Assembly: GCA_947500825.1 (NCBI GenBank)
Contig: CANMTR010000013.1
Coordinates: forward strand, 5,889-69,888
Reading direction: 5' to 3'
Length of the DNA: 64,000 nucleotides
Origin: an uncultured Rhodobacteraceae bacterium
Lineage (GTDB): Bacteria; Pseudomonadota; Alphaproteobacteria; Rhodobacterales; Rhodobacteraceae
The notes beneath the pieces were generated by a model that saw nothing but the letters and a program-made list of their open reading frames with translations, was not told where the DNA came from and did no database searches. The translations under genes and the position numbers were made by a program. This document shows, piece after piece, positions 44,886 through 53,859 of the stretch. Position 1 is the first letter of the stretch, and each line of letters begins with the position of its first letter.

Positions 44886-46184
44886 CTATTCGGCGATGTC
44901 GGTGAACTCGAAGTTGAGCTTCTTCATCACCTGCTCGTAGTCCCACAGGAGCTTGGAGTGCTTGGACGCGCCCATCCATACGGACGCCACCGCGAAGGAA
45001 TAGGCGTCCTGCTCGGGCAACTCCGACAGCCTCATCCCCTTGCGGGCATGGACGCCGATACGGGTGCCCTCGACCTGTTCCTCGGCGACCTGGGTCTCGG
45101 CCCTGCTGGGCACGCGCGCCACGGTCGCGTCGGAGAAGAACACGCGGTAGAAGAACTCGGCCGCCACGTTCCTGGAGCCTTCGCGGTGGGGCATGTCGGG
45201 CTTGCGCCCGAGGCCCAGATCCACCGTGACCTGCTGGTGGCTGACGCCGTCGACCATCTCGAACAGGTCGCAATGGGACTGGGAGACGCGGGTGTTGATC
45301 TCCAGGAGCCAGATCTTGTCCTGCACCTCGTCCCAGTAATACTCGATGTTGAACGCGGAATTGTCGAAGCCGATATGGCTCATGATCGTGCGCGTGATCT
45401 CCCACATCTTGTCCTGCACCTTCTGGGGCAGGAACGACGGGTAGAGGTAGTAGAAGAAGCTCAGGACCTGCGGGTAGCGGATGGAATCCACGGTGCCGTA
45501 GGGGACGACCTCGCCGCCGTGGACGTAGCCCTCGACGGTGCACTGGCGCCCGCCGATGACCTGCTCGGCCATGCAGTAATGCCCCTCCACCGCGCGGATC
45601 TCGTCGGGGAGGTCGGCCTGGGCCAGGACGTGGTCGAAGGGCTCGCCGATGGAGCGGATCTCGCTGCGGAGCTTTTGCGTCGCGTAGTCGAAATCCTCGG
45701 GGCTATCGATGCGGAACCCCAGCCGCGAGCCGGAGGACTTGATCGGCTTGACGAAGAACGGGAACCGCAGGTCGGCGGCCCCGATCTTGGCCAGCGCCTC
45801 GTCGTCGAACGGGTCGAACGCGGTGAACTTCGGGATGTGGTCCGGGACCGCCTCGCGCATGACCGACCGCGACCAGTACTTGTGCTCGCATTTCAGGAGC
45901 GCCTCGAGCGAGGCCTGCGGGGTGCCGTACTTCTTGCACAGGATCGGCAGGATCGTGGAGACGGGAAAGTCCATGTAGCCCACGATCGCGTCGATCGAGC
46001 CGTCGAAGGCGTCGAGCGTCTTCTCCGCCTCGGCGATCATGGCGGGAATGTCGAACTCCTGCGTGTCGTAGACCAGGGCGGGGTCGATCAGGCCGTGGAA
46101 CTCCACGTCTTCCACGCCGCGCAGGCGACGCAGGCGCTCGGCGTTCAAATCGTTCAAACCGACGACGAAGACGTTCTTGGTCAT
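44886..46184 (-). CDS. ATP-grasp family ligase, substrate unknown
   Basis: Start at MTKNVFVVGL, with GGAGG upstream. ATP-grasp hallmarks: FFVKPIKSSGSRLG, EQVIGGRQCTVEGYV and LLEINTRVSQSH (the E-x-N Mg site). Confidence 0.8.
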   Translation of the reverse strand: MTKNVFVVGLNDLNAERLRRLRGVEDVEFHGLIDPALVYDTQEFDIPAMIAEAEKTLDAFDGSIDAIVGYMDFPVSTILPILCKKYGTPQASLEALLKCEHKYWSRSVMREAVPDHIPKFTAFDPFDDEALAKIGAADLRFPFFVKPIKSSGSRLGFRIDSPEDFDYATQKLRSEIRSIGEPFDHVLAQADLPDEIRAVEGHYCMAEQVIGGRQCTVEGYVHGGEVVPYGTVDSIRYPQVLSFFYYLYPSFLPQKVQDKMWEITRTIMSHIGFDNSAFNIEYYWDEVQDKIWLLEINTRVSQSHCDLFEMVDGVSHQQVTVDLGLGRKPDMPHREGSRNVAAEFFYRVFFSDATVARVPSRAETQVAEEQVEGTRIGVHARKGMRLSELPEQDAYSFAVASVWMGASKHSKLLWDYEQVMKKLNFEFTDIAE

Positions 46185-46257
46185 GTGAGATCCTCCCACG
46201 GGACGTTGAGGCACGGCCCCGACCGGGCCGTGCGTCTGGTTCGAAACGGAAAAGACC

Positions 46258-48900
46258 TCACGTCTGCGCGAGTTCCGCCGGACGGGGAAAGCTGCGCCCT
46301 TTCAACATGTCCGTGGTGCCGGCGATGTCGTCGACCAGCAGGAGCAGGAAGTCGCCCGTCTCGGCGTCGGACATGGCGCGGTCCACCGCGGCGCTCTCCT
46401 CGGGCACCGTCTCGACCCGGCAGTCGTTGTCGGCCGTGGCGGCCCCCTCGTGGATCAACGCGGCCGTCTCGCCCGCCCCGCGTCCGCGGCTGTCGCTCTC
46501 GTAGACGTAGAGGATGTCGCACATCTTCGCCAACTGGGCGCCGAGCGCGCGCAGGTCCTCGTCGCGGCGGTTGCCCGGCGCGGTGGAGACGCCGATCCGG
46601 CGCTTCTGCCCCAGGCCCCGGACCAGCGGCTCCAGCGCCACCAGCGCAGGCACGTTGTGGCCGTAGTCGATCAGGCACTTGAGCCCGTCGGCCTCGAAGT
46701 AGTTCGTCCGCCCCGGCATCTGCGCCGGCGTGGGGTGGAACGTGGCCAGTCCGTTGTGGATGTCGGTGAGGTCGAGCCCGTGGGCCAGCGCCACCGCCGC
46801 CGCCGCCATGGCGTTCTGCACGTTGAAGGGGGCGTGCCCCTCGAAGGCGATGGGCACGTCGTTGACCTCGATGATCTCGGCCTCGACCCGGCCCCGGCGC
46901 ATGATGATGCGCCCGTTCTTGACCGTCACGACCATCCCCAGGTTGCCCAGGTGCTCGGCCAGGTCCGGGTTGTCGGGGTTCATCGTGATGTAGATGATCT
47001 CGCCCCGCGCCCAGTAGGTGCCGTGTTCCATCACCAGCGGATCGTCGGCGTTGAGGACGCAGTAGCCCCCCTCGCGCTTGACCGCGTCCACCACCACCGT
47101 CTTGCAGCGCGCCAGTTCCTCGAGCGTGTGGATGTCGCGCTCGCCCAGGTGGTCGGAGGCGATGTTGAGGAGCACGCCCACGTCGCATTCGTCGAAGCCC
47201 AGGCCCCGGCGCATGATGCCGCCGCGCGCCACCTCGAGCACCGCGTGCTCGACGGTCGGCTCGCGCAGGACCGCCTGGGCGGCCGCCGGGCCGGAGTAGT
47301 CACCCTTCAGGATCACGTGGTTGTCGATCTCCACCGTGCCGGTGCAGCCCAGGCCCACGGAATTGCCCGCCTGGCGCAGGATGTGGGCCGAGAGGCGGGT
47401 CGTGGTGGTCTTGCCGTTGGTGCCGGTGATCGCGGTGATCGGGATGCGGCCGTTGTCGGTCGGGTCGGGGAACAGCATGTCGACCACGTGCTCGCCCACC
47501 GGCCGGGCATGGCCGTGGGTGGGCGACATGTGCATGCGGAAGCCCGGGCCCGCGTTGACCTCCACCACGCCCGCCGGTTGCTCGCTCAGGGGCTTGGAGA
47601 GGTCCTCGGCCAGCAGGTCGATGCCGATGATGTCGAGGCCCACGAGGCGGCCGATCCGCTCCATGGTGAACTTGACGTCGGGGTGGACCTCGTCGGTGAG
47701 ATCGGTGGCCGTACCCCCGGTGGAGATGTTTGCCGTCGATTTCAGGAAGGCGATCTCGCCCTGGGGCAGGACCGTGTCGAGCGTCAGGTTGGCCTGTTCG
47801 AGCATCCGCAGGCTCTGCTCGTCCACGTTGATCTGGGTGAGCAGGTTCTCGTGGCCGACACCGCGGCGGGGGTCCTGGTTCTCCACGTCCACGAGCTCGC
47901 GGATGGTGGAGCGGCCGTCGCCCACGACGTGGGCGGGCCGGCGCCGGGCGGCGGCGACCAGGTGGCCGTCTATCACCAGCATGCGGTGATCCTCGCCCTT
48001 GATGTAGCTTTCCACGATCACGGCCTGCTCGGCGTCGCGGGCGCGCGCCACCGCCGCCTCGTAGCCCGAGCGCAGGTCGTCGCGGGTGTTGATGTCGGTG
48101 GTCACCCCGCGGCCGTGGTTGCCCGAGAGGGGCTTGGTCACGACCGGGAACCCGATCCAGTCGGCGGCGGCTTCCGCGTCCTCGTAGGAGTAGCAGATCT
48201 GGCCCTGGGGCACGGGAATGCCCGCGTCGCCCAGGACCTGCTTGGTCCAGTCCTTGTCGTCGGCGATGGAGTGGCCGATGATCCCCGTCCCGCTGGTCAC
48301 GGTGGCCTGGAAGCGGCGCTGCTTGGCGCCGTGGCCGAGCTGGGTGTAGCTCGTCCCTTCCATCAGGTTGTAGGAGGGGATGCCGCGCGCCCTGGCGGCA
48401 TTCACGATCGCGCCCGTCGAGGGGCCGAGCGCGTTGGCGTCGCGCACCTGCTTGAGCCGCGCGATATGAGGCGCGAGGTCGACCGGGTCGCCGTCGTAAA
48501 GCTTCTGCACGATGTCGACGGCGGCCTCGCCGGCGGCGAGGCCCGTGGCCTCGTCCCGGTAGCGGTAGACGACGTTGTAGATGCCCGGCTCGTAGCTGTC
48601 GACGGTCTTGCCGTAGCCGACCGAGAAGCCGACCATGTTCTGCAGCTCGATGGCCACGTGCTCGACCATGTGGCCGGCATAGGTGCCCGACCGGACGCGC
48701 TGGAGGAAACCGCCCGGCTCGCCCACCGAGCAGCGATGCTCGTAGACCTCGGGCATCAGCGCCTCGAGCGCCTCGGCGATGCCGGCGACCTTGTCGCTCG
48801 GCCGCTCCTCCAGCTCCTCGATGTCGAGGCGCATGTAGATCGCCACGTACCGGCTATAGTAGTTCGGCCCGCGCAGCGCGCGGTGTTCAATTATGCGCAA
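46258..48900 (-). CDS. cphA: Cyanophycin synthetase
   Basis: 880 aa with a TTG start. Has the N domain (MRIIEHRALRGPNYY), an ATP-grasp G domain and a Mur-ligase-like M domain (ITGTNGKTTT). Confidence 0.92.
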   Translation of the reverse strand: MRIIEHRALRGPNYYSRYVAIYMRLDIEELEERPSDKVAGIAEALEALMPEVYEHRCSVGEPGGFLQRVRSGTYAGHMVEHVAIELQNMVGFSVGYGKTVDSYEPGIYNVVYRYRDEATGLAAGEAAVDIVQKLYDGDPVDLAPHIARLKQVRDANALGPSTGAIVNAARARGIPSYNLMEGTSYTQLGHGAKQRRFQATVTSGTGIIGHSIADDKDWTKQVLGDAGIPVPQGQICYSYEDAEAAADWIGFPVVTKPLSGNHGRGVTTDINTRDDLRSGYEAAVARARDAEQAVIVESYIKGEDHRMLVIDGHLVAAARRRPAHVVGDGRSTIRELVDVENQDPRRGVGHENLLTQINVDEQSLRMLEQANLTLDTVLPQGEIAFLKSTANISTGGTATDLTDEVHPDVKFTMERIGRLVGLDIIGIDLLAEDLSKPLSEQPAGVVEVNAGPGFRMHMSPTHGHARPVGEHVVDMLFPDPTDNGRIPITAITGTNGKTTTTRLSAHILRQAGNSVGLGCTGTVEIDNHVILKGDYSGPAAAQAVLREPTVEHAVLEVARGGIMRRGLGFDECDVGVLLNIASDHLGERDIHTLEELARCKTVVVDAVKREGGYCVLNADDPLVMEHGTYWARGEIIYITMNPDNPDLAEHLGNLGMVVTVKNGRIIMRRGRVEAEIIEVNDVPIAFEGHAPFNVQNAMAAAAVALAHGLDLTDIHNGLATFHPTPAQMPGRTNYFEADGLKCLIDYGHNVPALVALEPLVRGLGQKRRIGVSTAPGNRRDEDLRALGAQLAKMCDILYVYESDSRGRGAGETAALIHEGAATADNDCRVETVPEESAAVDRAMSDAETGDFLLLLVDDIAGTTDMLKGRSFPRPAELAQT

Positions 48901-49750
48901 CGTTCCGCTCCGTCTTCGAAGCCCCGAGCTCTTGCGGAGTCAGGACCCGCCGGTCCGACAGGGAATATCCGTACCCGTCGACCAGCGCATGCATGATGAC
49001 GTTGGAAACGCTCACCGCCTCCCCGTCGTGTAAATCGTAAACATTGGAGCCGGTTATCTGGGAACTGTCAACGATGACCACGTGACCGGGGCCGAAGCTG
49101 TGCACGATTCCGTCCGAGAACAGCACCGCCGCGTCCTCCCCCAGCCCGATGCCGATATATTCGGGATTCGTCGCCCCCACCTCCATCAGCCGCGAGAAAC
49201 GCCCGCGCTCGAGGAAGTGGGTGTCGATGATGACGTTGTCCTGCACGAGGCCGAAGCCCGCGCTCATCTTCACCGCGCCCTTGCGCAGGGAGTCGTCGGA
49301 GGGGCCGCCATATACCATCGTGGCCGACTGGCACGCGGCACCAGCACTGGTGCCGGCCACCACCGCGCCCGCCTCGCGGCGGCGGCGGATGGCGTCGAGG
49401 GTCCGGCAGCCGCCCATCGTGTTGGTGAGCCGCATCTGGTCGCCGCCGGAAATGAAGACCACGTCGCAGCGGTCGATCATGTCCACGAACTTCTGCTCGT
49501 CGGCATGGGCGCGGGTCCGGATGCGCACGTCGAGCGTCTCGGACGCGCCGAGCCGGGCGAAGACGTCGGCATAGCCCGGGAACACGTCGTCGGGGACGCT
49601 GCTCGCGGTGGTGATGACCCCCACCACGGGGGCGTCCGCGTCCGACATCTCCAGCACCTGTTGCAGGATGACGGCCTCGGCCGTCTTGTCTTCGGCACCG
49701 CCGATGGCGACGAGCGGTCCTTGTCGGGTTATCTTCTCGGTCATGTTCAA
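48887..49750 (-). CDS. cphB: Cyanophycinase (peptidase S51)
   Basis: 287 aa. VAIGGAEDK, FISGGDQ, nucleophile motif AGTSAGA. Overlaps the cphA start by 14 nt. Confidence 0.9.
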   Translation of the reverse strand: MNMTEKITRQGPLVAIGGAEDKTAEAVILQQVLEMSDADAPVVGVITTASSVPDDVFPGYADVFARLGASETLDVRIRTRAHADEQKFVDMIDRCDVVFISGGDQMRLTNTMGGCRTLDAIRRRREAGAVVAGTSAGAACQSATMVYGGPSDDSLRKGAVKMSAGFGLVQDNVIIDTHFLERGRFSRLMEVGATNPEYIGIGLGEDAAVLFSDGIVHSFGPGHVVIVDSSQITGSNVYDLHDGEAVSVSNVIMHALVDGYGYSLSDRRVLTPQELGASKTERNVAHN

Positions 49751-49932
49751 CTTTCAGAGGCCTCGTGCCGATCGCGTCGGGGTCGAACCTAGCCTCCCGG
49801 CGCACGGGATCACAGGCCATTTCCGCGCCGCGACCGCGCTGCTACATGCGGAACACACATCCGCCCGAAATTGTGACCTCAGGCGCCCTTCCGCGCCGGG
49901 AGACGGGCGGGACCGCGAAGGGAACGGCGACG

Positions 49933-50889
49933 ATGACATACTCTCTGGCGATCCACGGCGGCGCGGGCGTGATCCCGCGGGACGCGATGGACGCGGACGG
50001 CGAACGCGACCACAACGCCGCGCTCGCGCGCATCCTCGAAGAGGCCGAGGCGGTCCTGCGGGACGGCGGCGACGCGATGGAGGCGGTCACGGTCGCGGTC
50101 TGCGCGCTGGAGGACGAACCGCTGTTCAACGCCGGGCACGGCGCCGTCTACACCGCCGCGGGCCGGCTGGAGATGGACGCGGCCGTGATGGACGGGGTGG
50201 GCCGCCGCGCCGGCGCGGTCGCCGGCATCTGCGGGCCGCGCAATCCGATCCTGGCCGCGCGCGCGGTGATGGAGCGCACCGGCCACGTGCTGATGGTGGG
50301 CGAGGGGGCGCTGGAGATCGCGCGCGACGCTGGCCTCACCTTCGAGGACCCGAGCTATTTCCGCACCGAGCAGCGCTGGCAGGCGCTCAAGGAGACGCTG
50401 CGGATGATGGAGGACGGCACGCTCGACGACGACCCCTCGCGCCGCCACGGCACCGTGGGCGCGGTGGCGCGCGACCGCGCCGGGCACCTGGCGGCGGCCA
50501 CCTCGACGGGGGGCATGACCGCCAAGCGTCCGGGCCGCGTGGGCGACAGCCCGATTCCCGGCGCGGGCACCTTCGCTGACGACGCCACATGCGCGATCTC
50601 GGCCACCGGCGACGGGGAGGCCTTCATCCGCTGGGCGGCAGCGCACGAGATCGACGCGCGGATGCGGCTCGCGGGGCGCTCCTGCGCCGAGGCCGCCCAC
50701 GGCGTGGTGATGACGGACCTGGCCCAGAACGGCGGCTCGGGCGGCCTGATCGCGGTGGACCGCGACGGCCGGATCTCCCTGCCCTTCAACTGCGAGGGGA
50801 TGTACCGGGGCTGGGCCATGGAGGACGGCCCCCGCGGCACCGCGATCTACGGCCCCGTGGAGGACCCGGCCCCGGCCACCGGGACGTAG
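49933..50889 (+). CDS. iaaA: Isoaspartyl dipeptidase / L-asparaginase (Ntn hydrolase)
   Basis: Within the ORF 49765..50889, from MTYSLAIHGGAGV. Autoprocessing Thr in HGTVGAVA. Divergent from cphB. Confidence 0.88.
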   Translation: MTYSLAIHGGAGVIPRDAMDADGERDHNAALARILEEAEAVLRDGGDAMEAVTVAVCALEDEPLFNAGHGAVYTAAGRLEMDAAVMDGVGRRAGAVAGICGPRNPILAARAVMERTGHVLMVGEGALEIARDAGLTFEDPSYFRTEQRWQALKETLRMMEDGTLDDDPSRRHGTVGAVARDRAGHLAAATSTGGMTAKRPGRVGDSPIPGAGTFADDATCAISATGDGEAFIRWAAAHEIDARMRLAGRSCAEAAHGVVMTDLAQNGGSGGLIAVDRDGRISLPFNCEGMYRGWAMEDGPRGTAIYGPVEDPAPATGT

Positions 50890-51092
50890 CCGCGGCGGCG
50901 CTTGAGCGCGAGGCGCTCGGCGGCCAGCCGCTCGGCCTCGGCGCGGGTGGCGACGGTGTGCTGGATCGCGCGGGAAGCCCCGCCGATCCGGCCCCATTCG
51001 CGCCGGACCGCCCATTCCCCGAACAGGGTCGGTCGGATCTCGACCGAGTAGAAGCGCGCCATGCGGCGGACGTGGTCGATCCTGTGGAGCAT
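50847..51092 (-). CDS. Stand-alone WGR-domain protein
   Basis: Start at MLHRIDHVRRMARFYSVEIRPTLFGEWAVRREWGRIGGASR...RRRGY. 81 aa. The 3' end overlaps the convergent iaaA by 43 nt. Confidence 0.65.
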   Translation of the reverse strand: MLHRIDHVRRMARFYSVEIRPTLFGEWAVRREWGRIGGASRAIQHTVATRAEAERLAAERLALKRRRGYVPVAGAGSSTGP

Positions 51093-51190
51093 CGCGGGGT
51101 CCCCCCTGCCCGGCCTTGCGCCGGGCAATCTTGACAGCCTCGGGAAAAGTATATCACGGCTGGGCAAATGCCATCGCACCGGATGCCCCC

Positions 51191-52543
51191 ATGGCCGACC
51201 TGACACCGATCGACCGGCTGGAGGCCGACCACCCGGAGGTGGACGCCGTCTTCGCGTGCATCTGCGACCTGAACGGCGTGATGCGCGGCAAGCGCCTGCC
51301 CGCCGACCAGATCGACAAGGTGCGCGAGGGGGGGCTGCGGATGCCGCTCTCGCTGCTGGGCATGGATATCTGGGGCGAGGACGTGGAAGGCTCGGACCTG
51401 GTGTTCGACACCGGCGACGCAGACGGGATCTGCGAGCATACCGGGCGCCCCTTGAGCCTGCTGAACTGGACGGCGCGGCCCACCGCCTTCGTCCAGCTCT
51501 GGACCCGGCAGGAGGACGGCCGCCCCTTCCCCGGCGATCCGCGCCGGGCGCTGGCGGCGGTGGTCGCGCGTCTCGCGGCGATGGGGCTGACGCCGGTGGT
51601 GGCCACCGAACTCGAGTTCTACATCGTCGATCCCAGCGGCGCCGCGCCCGAACCGCCCTGCTCGCCCGTCACCGGCAAGCGGCTCGATTCCGACGGGGCG
51701 CTGTCGCTCGACGAGCTGCAGCACTTCGACGCGCTGCTCAACGAGATCTACGACGGGTGCCGGGCCCAGGACATTCCCGCCGACAGCGCCATATCGGAGA
51801 ACGGCGCGGGACAGTTCGAGATCAACTTCGCCCATGCCGCCGACCCGCTGAAGGCCGCCGACGACGCGGTCCTGTTCAAGAGGCTGGTGCGCGGGCTGGC
51901 GCGCAAGCACGGCTTCGCCGCCACCTTCATGGCCAAGCCCTACGGCGACCGGGCGGGATCGGGGATGCATGCCCATGTCTCCCTGGTGGACGGGGACGGG
52001 CGCAACGCCTTCGACGGCGACAACGCGGAAGGCACGCCGCTGCTGCGCCACGCCGTCGCCGGGCTCCTGCGGACCATGCAGGAGAACGCGCTGGTCTTCG
52101 CGCCGCACGAGAACTCCTATCGCCGGCTGCTGCCCGGCGCCCACGCGCCGGCCGCCGTCGCCTGGGGCTACGAGAACCGCACGGTGGCGATCCGCATCCC
52201 CGGCGGGCCGTCGGCCGCGCGGCGCATCGAGCACCGGGTCGCGGGCGCGGACGCCAACCCCTACCTGGTGCTGGCCGCGATCCTGGGCGGCATGGCGCTG
52301 GGGATCGAACGGGGATGGGAGCCGCCCGACCCGGTGACGGGGGACGCCTATTCCCTGCGCCTCGACCGGCTGCCGCCCGACTGGGCCTCGGCCATCGACG
52401 CGTTCTCGGGCGGCCGCCACGTGGCCGACATCCACGCGCCCCGGCTGGTGCGGATGTTCGAGCAGACCAAGCGCCAAGAGCTCAGGCGCTTCACCCGCCA
52501 CGTGACCGATTTCGAGTACCATTCCTACCTGGAGGTCGTGTGA
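51191..52543 (+). CDS. Glutamine synthetase-like gamma-glutamyl-polyamine synthetase (PuuA/PauA-like)
   Basis: Starts at MADLTPID. Type III GS-like catalytic region (ELEFYIV, NGAGQFEIN, GSGMHAHVS, YENRTVAIRIP). Confidence 0.8.
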   Translation: MADLTPIDRLEADHPEVDAVFACICDLNGVMRGKRLPADQIDKVREGGLRMPLSLLGMDIWGEDVEGSDLVFDTGDADGICEHTGRPLSLLNWTARPTAFVQLWTRQEDGRPFPGDPRRALAAVVARLAAMGLTPVVATELEFYIVDPSGAAPEPPCSPVTGKRLDSDGALSLDELQHFDALLNEIYDGCRAQDIPADSAISENGAGQFEINFAHAADPLKAADDAVLFKRLVRGLARKHGFAATFMAKPYGDRAGSGMHAHVSLVDGDGRNAFDGDNAEGTPLLRHAVAGLLRTMQENALVFAPHENSYRRLLPGAHAPAAVAWGYENRTVAIRIPGGPSAARRIEHRVAGADANPYLVLAAILGGMALGIERGWEPPDPVTGDAYSLRLDRLPPDWASAIDAFSGGRHVADIHAPRLVRMFEQTKRQELRRFTRHVTDFEYHSYLEVV

Positions 52544-53844
52544 TGCGCCCCTCCTACGCCGGCGGCGGCGAGCATGCCGCGAGCCACTACGCCGCCACCG
52601 CCAACCCCGCCCCGGAGCGACCGAGGCTGGAGGGCGACCGCGAGGTGGACGTCTGCGTCGTGGGCGCGGGCTTCTCGGGCCTGTCCACGGCCCTGCACCT
52701 CGCCGAGGCGGGCCATTCGGTGACCGTGGTGGAAGGCGCGCGGGTGGGCTGGGGCGCTTCGGGGCGCAACGGCGGGCAGCTCGTCAACGGGCTCAACGCT
52801 GGGATCGACGTGTTCCGCCACCGCTTCGGCGCCGACACCGCGCGCTTCGTCGCCGGGCTGGTGCTGGAGGGGGGCGACATCATCCGCGACCGGGTGGCGC
52901 GCTACGGGATCGACTGCGACCTGAAGGACGGCAACGTCTTCGCCGCGCTGACGGGCAAGCACATGGCGGGGCTGGCGGCCAAGCGCGACCTGTGGGCGAG
53001 CCACGGCCTCGACAACCTGGACCTCCTGGACCGCGACGCGATGCGCGAGCACGTGGCGAGCGATGTCTATGTCGGGGGGATGCTCGACCGGCGGGGCGGG
53101 CACCTTCACCCGCTCAACCTCGCGCTCGGCGAGGCCGCCGCCATCGAGGGGCTGGGCGGCACGATCCACGAGCACTCGCCGGTCACGCGGGTGGAGGCCG
53201 ACGCGGCCCGCCCGACGATCCGCACCAAGCACGGCCGGATCACGGCCCGGACGCTGGTCCTGTGCGGCAACGCCTATCTGGGCCGGGTCGTGCCGAGCCT
53301 GACCTGGCGGGTCATGCCCGTCTCCACCCAGATCATGGCGACCGAGCCCCTGGGAGAGGAGCGCGCCCGCGCCCTGATGCCCGCGGACACCTGCGTGGAG
53401 GACGTGCGCTACATCCTCGACTACTACCGCATGTCGGCCGATCACCGGCTGCTGTTCGGGGGCGGAACCGTCTATGGCGGCAGCGAGCCGCGCGACATCA
53501 AGCGCAAGCTGGTGCGCGCCATGGACCGGGTCTTTCCCTCGCTCGGGGACGTGGGGATCGACTATGCCTGGTCGGGCAACTTCGCGCTGGCCTTCACCCG
53601 GGTGCCGCAGCTCGGCCGGATCGGGGACAACACGTACTTCGCCCACGGCTATTCCGGCCACGGCGTCTCGGGGTCGCACCTGTTCGGACGCATCCTGGCC
53701 CAGGCCATCGACGGCGACCTGTCGCGCTTCGACACCTTCGCGGGGCTGCCCTGGCTGCCCTTTCCCGGGGGGCGCGCCCTGCGCGTTCCCTATTCCGTCC
53801 TGGGGTCGTGGTGGTACGCCGCGCGCGACCGCCTGGGCGCCTGA
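52543..53844 (+). CDS. FAD-dependent oxidoreductase (PuuB/gamma-glutamylputrescine oxidase-like)
   Basis: Starts at a TGATG overlap with the upstream stop. Dinucleotide fold motif DVCVVGAGFSGLSTAL. DAO family. Confidence 0.8.
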   Translation: MRPSYAGGGEHAASHYAATANPAPERPRLEGDREVDVCVVGAGFSGLSTALHLAEAGHSVTVVEGARVGWGASGRNGGQLVNGLNAGIDVFRHRFGADTARFVAGLVLEGGDIIRDRVARYGIDCDLKDGNVFAALTGKHMAGLAAKRDLWASHGLDNLDLLDRDAMREHVASDVYVGGMLDRRGGHLHPLNLALGEAAAIEGLGGTIHEHSPVTRVEADAARPTIRTKHGRITARTLVLCGNAYLGRVVPSLTWRVMPVSTQIMATEPLGEERARALMPADTCVEDVRYILDYYRMSADHRLLFGGGTVYGGSEPRDIKRKLVRAMDRVFPSLGDVGIDYAWSGNFALAFTRVPQLGRIGDNTYFAHGYSGHGVSGSHLFGRILAQAIDGDLSRFDTFAGLPWLPFPGGRALRVPYSVLGSWWYAARDRLGA

Positions 53845-53859
53845 CACCGGAGAGACCCG

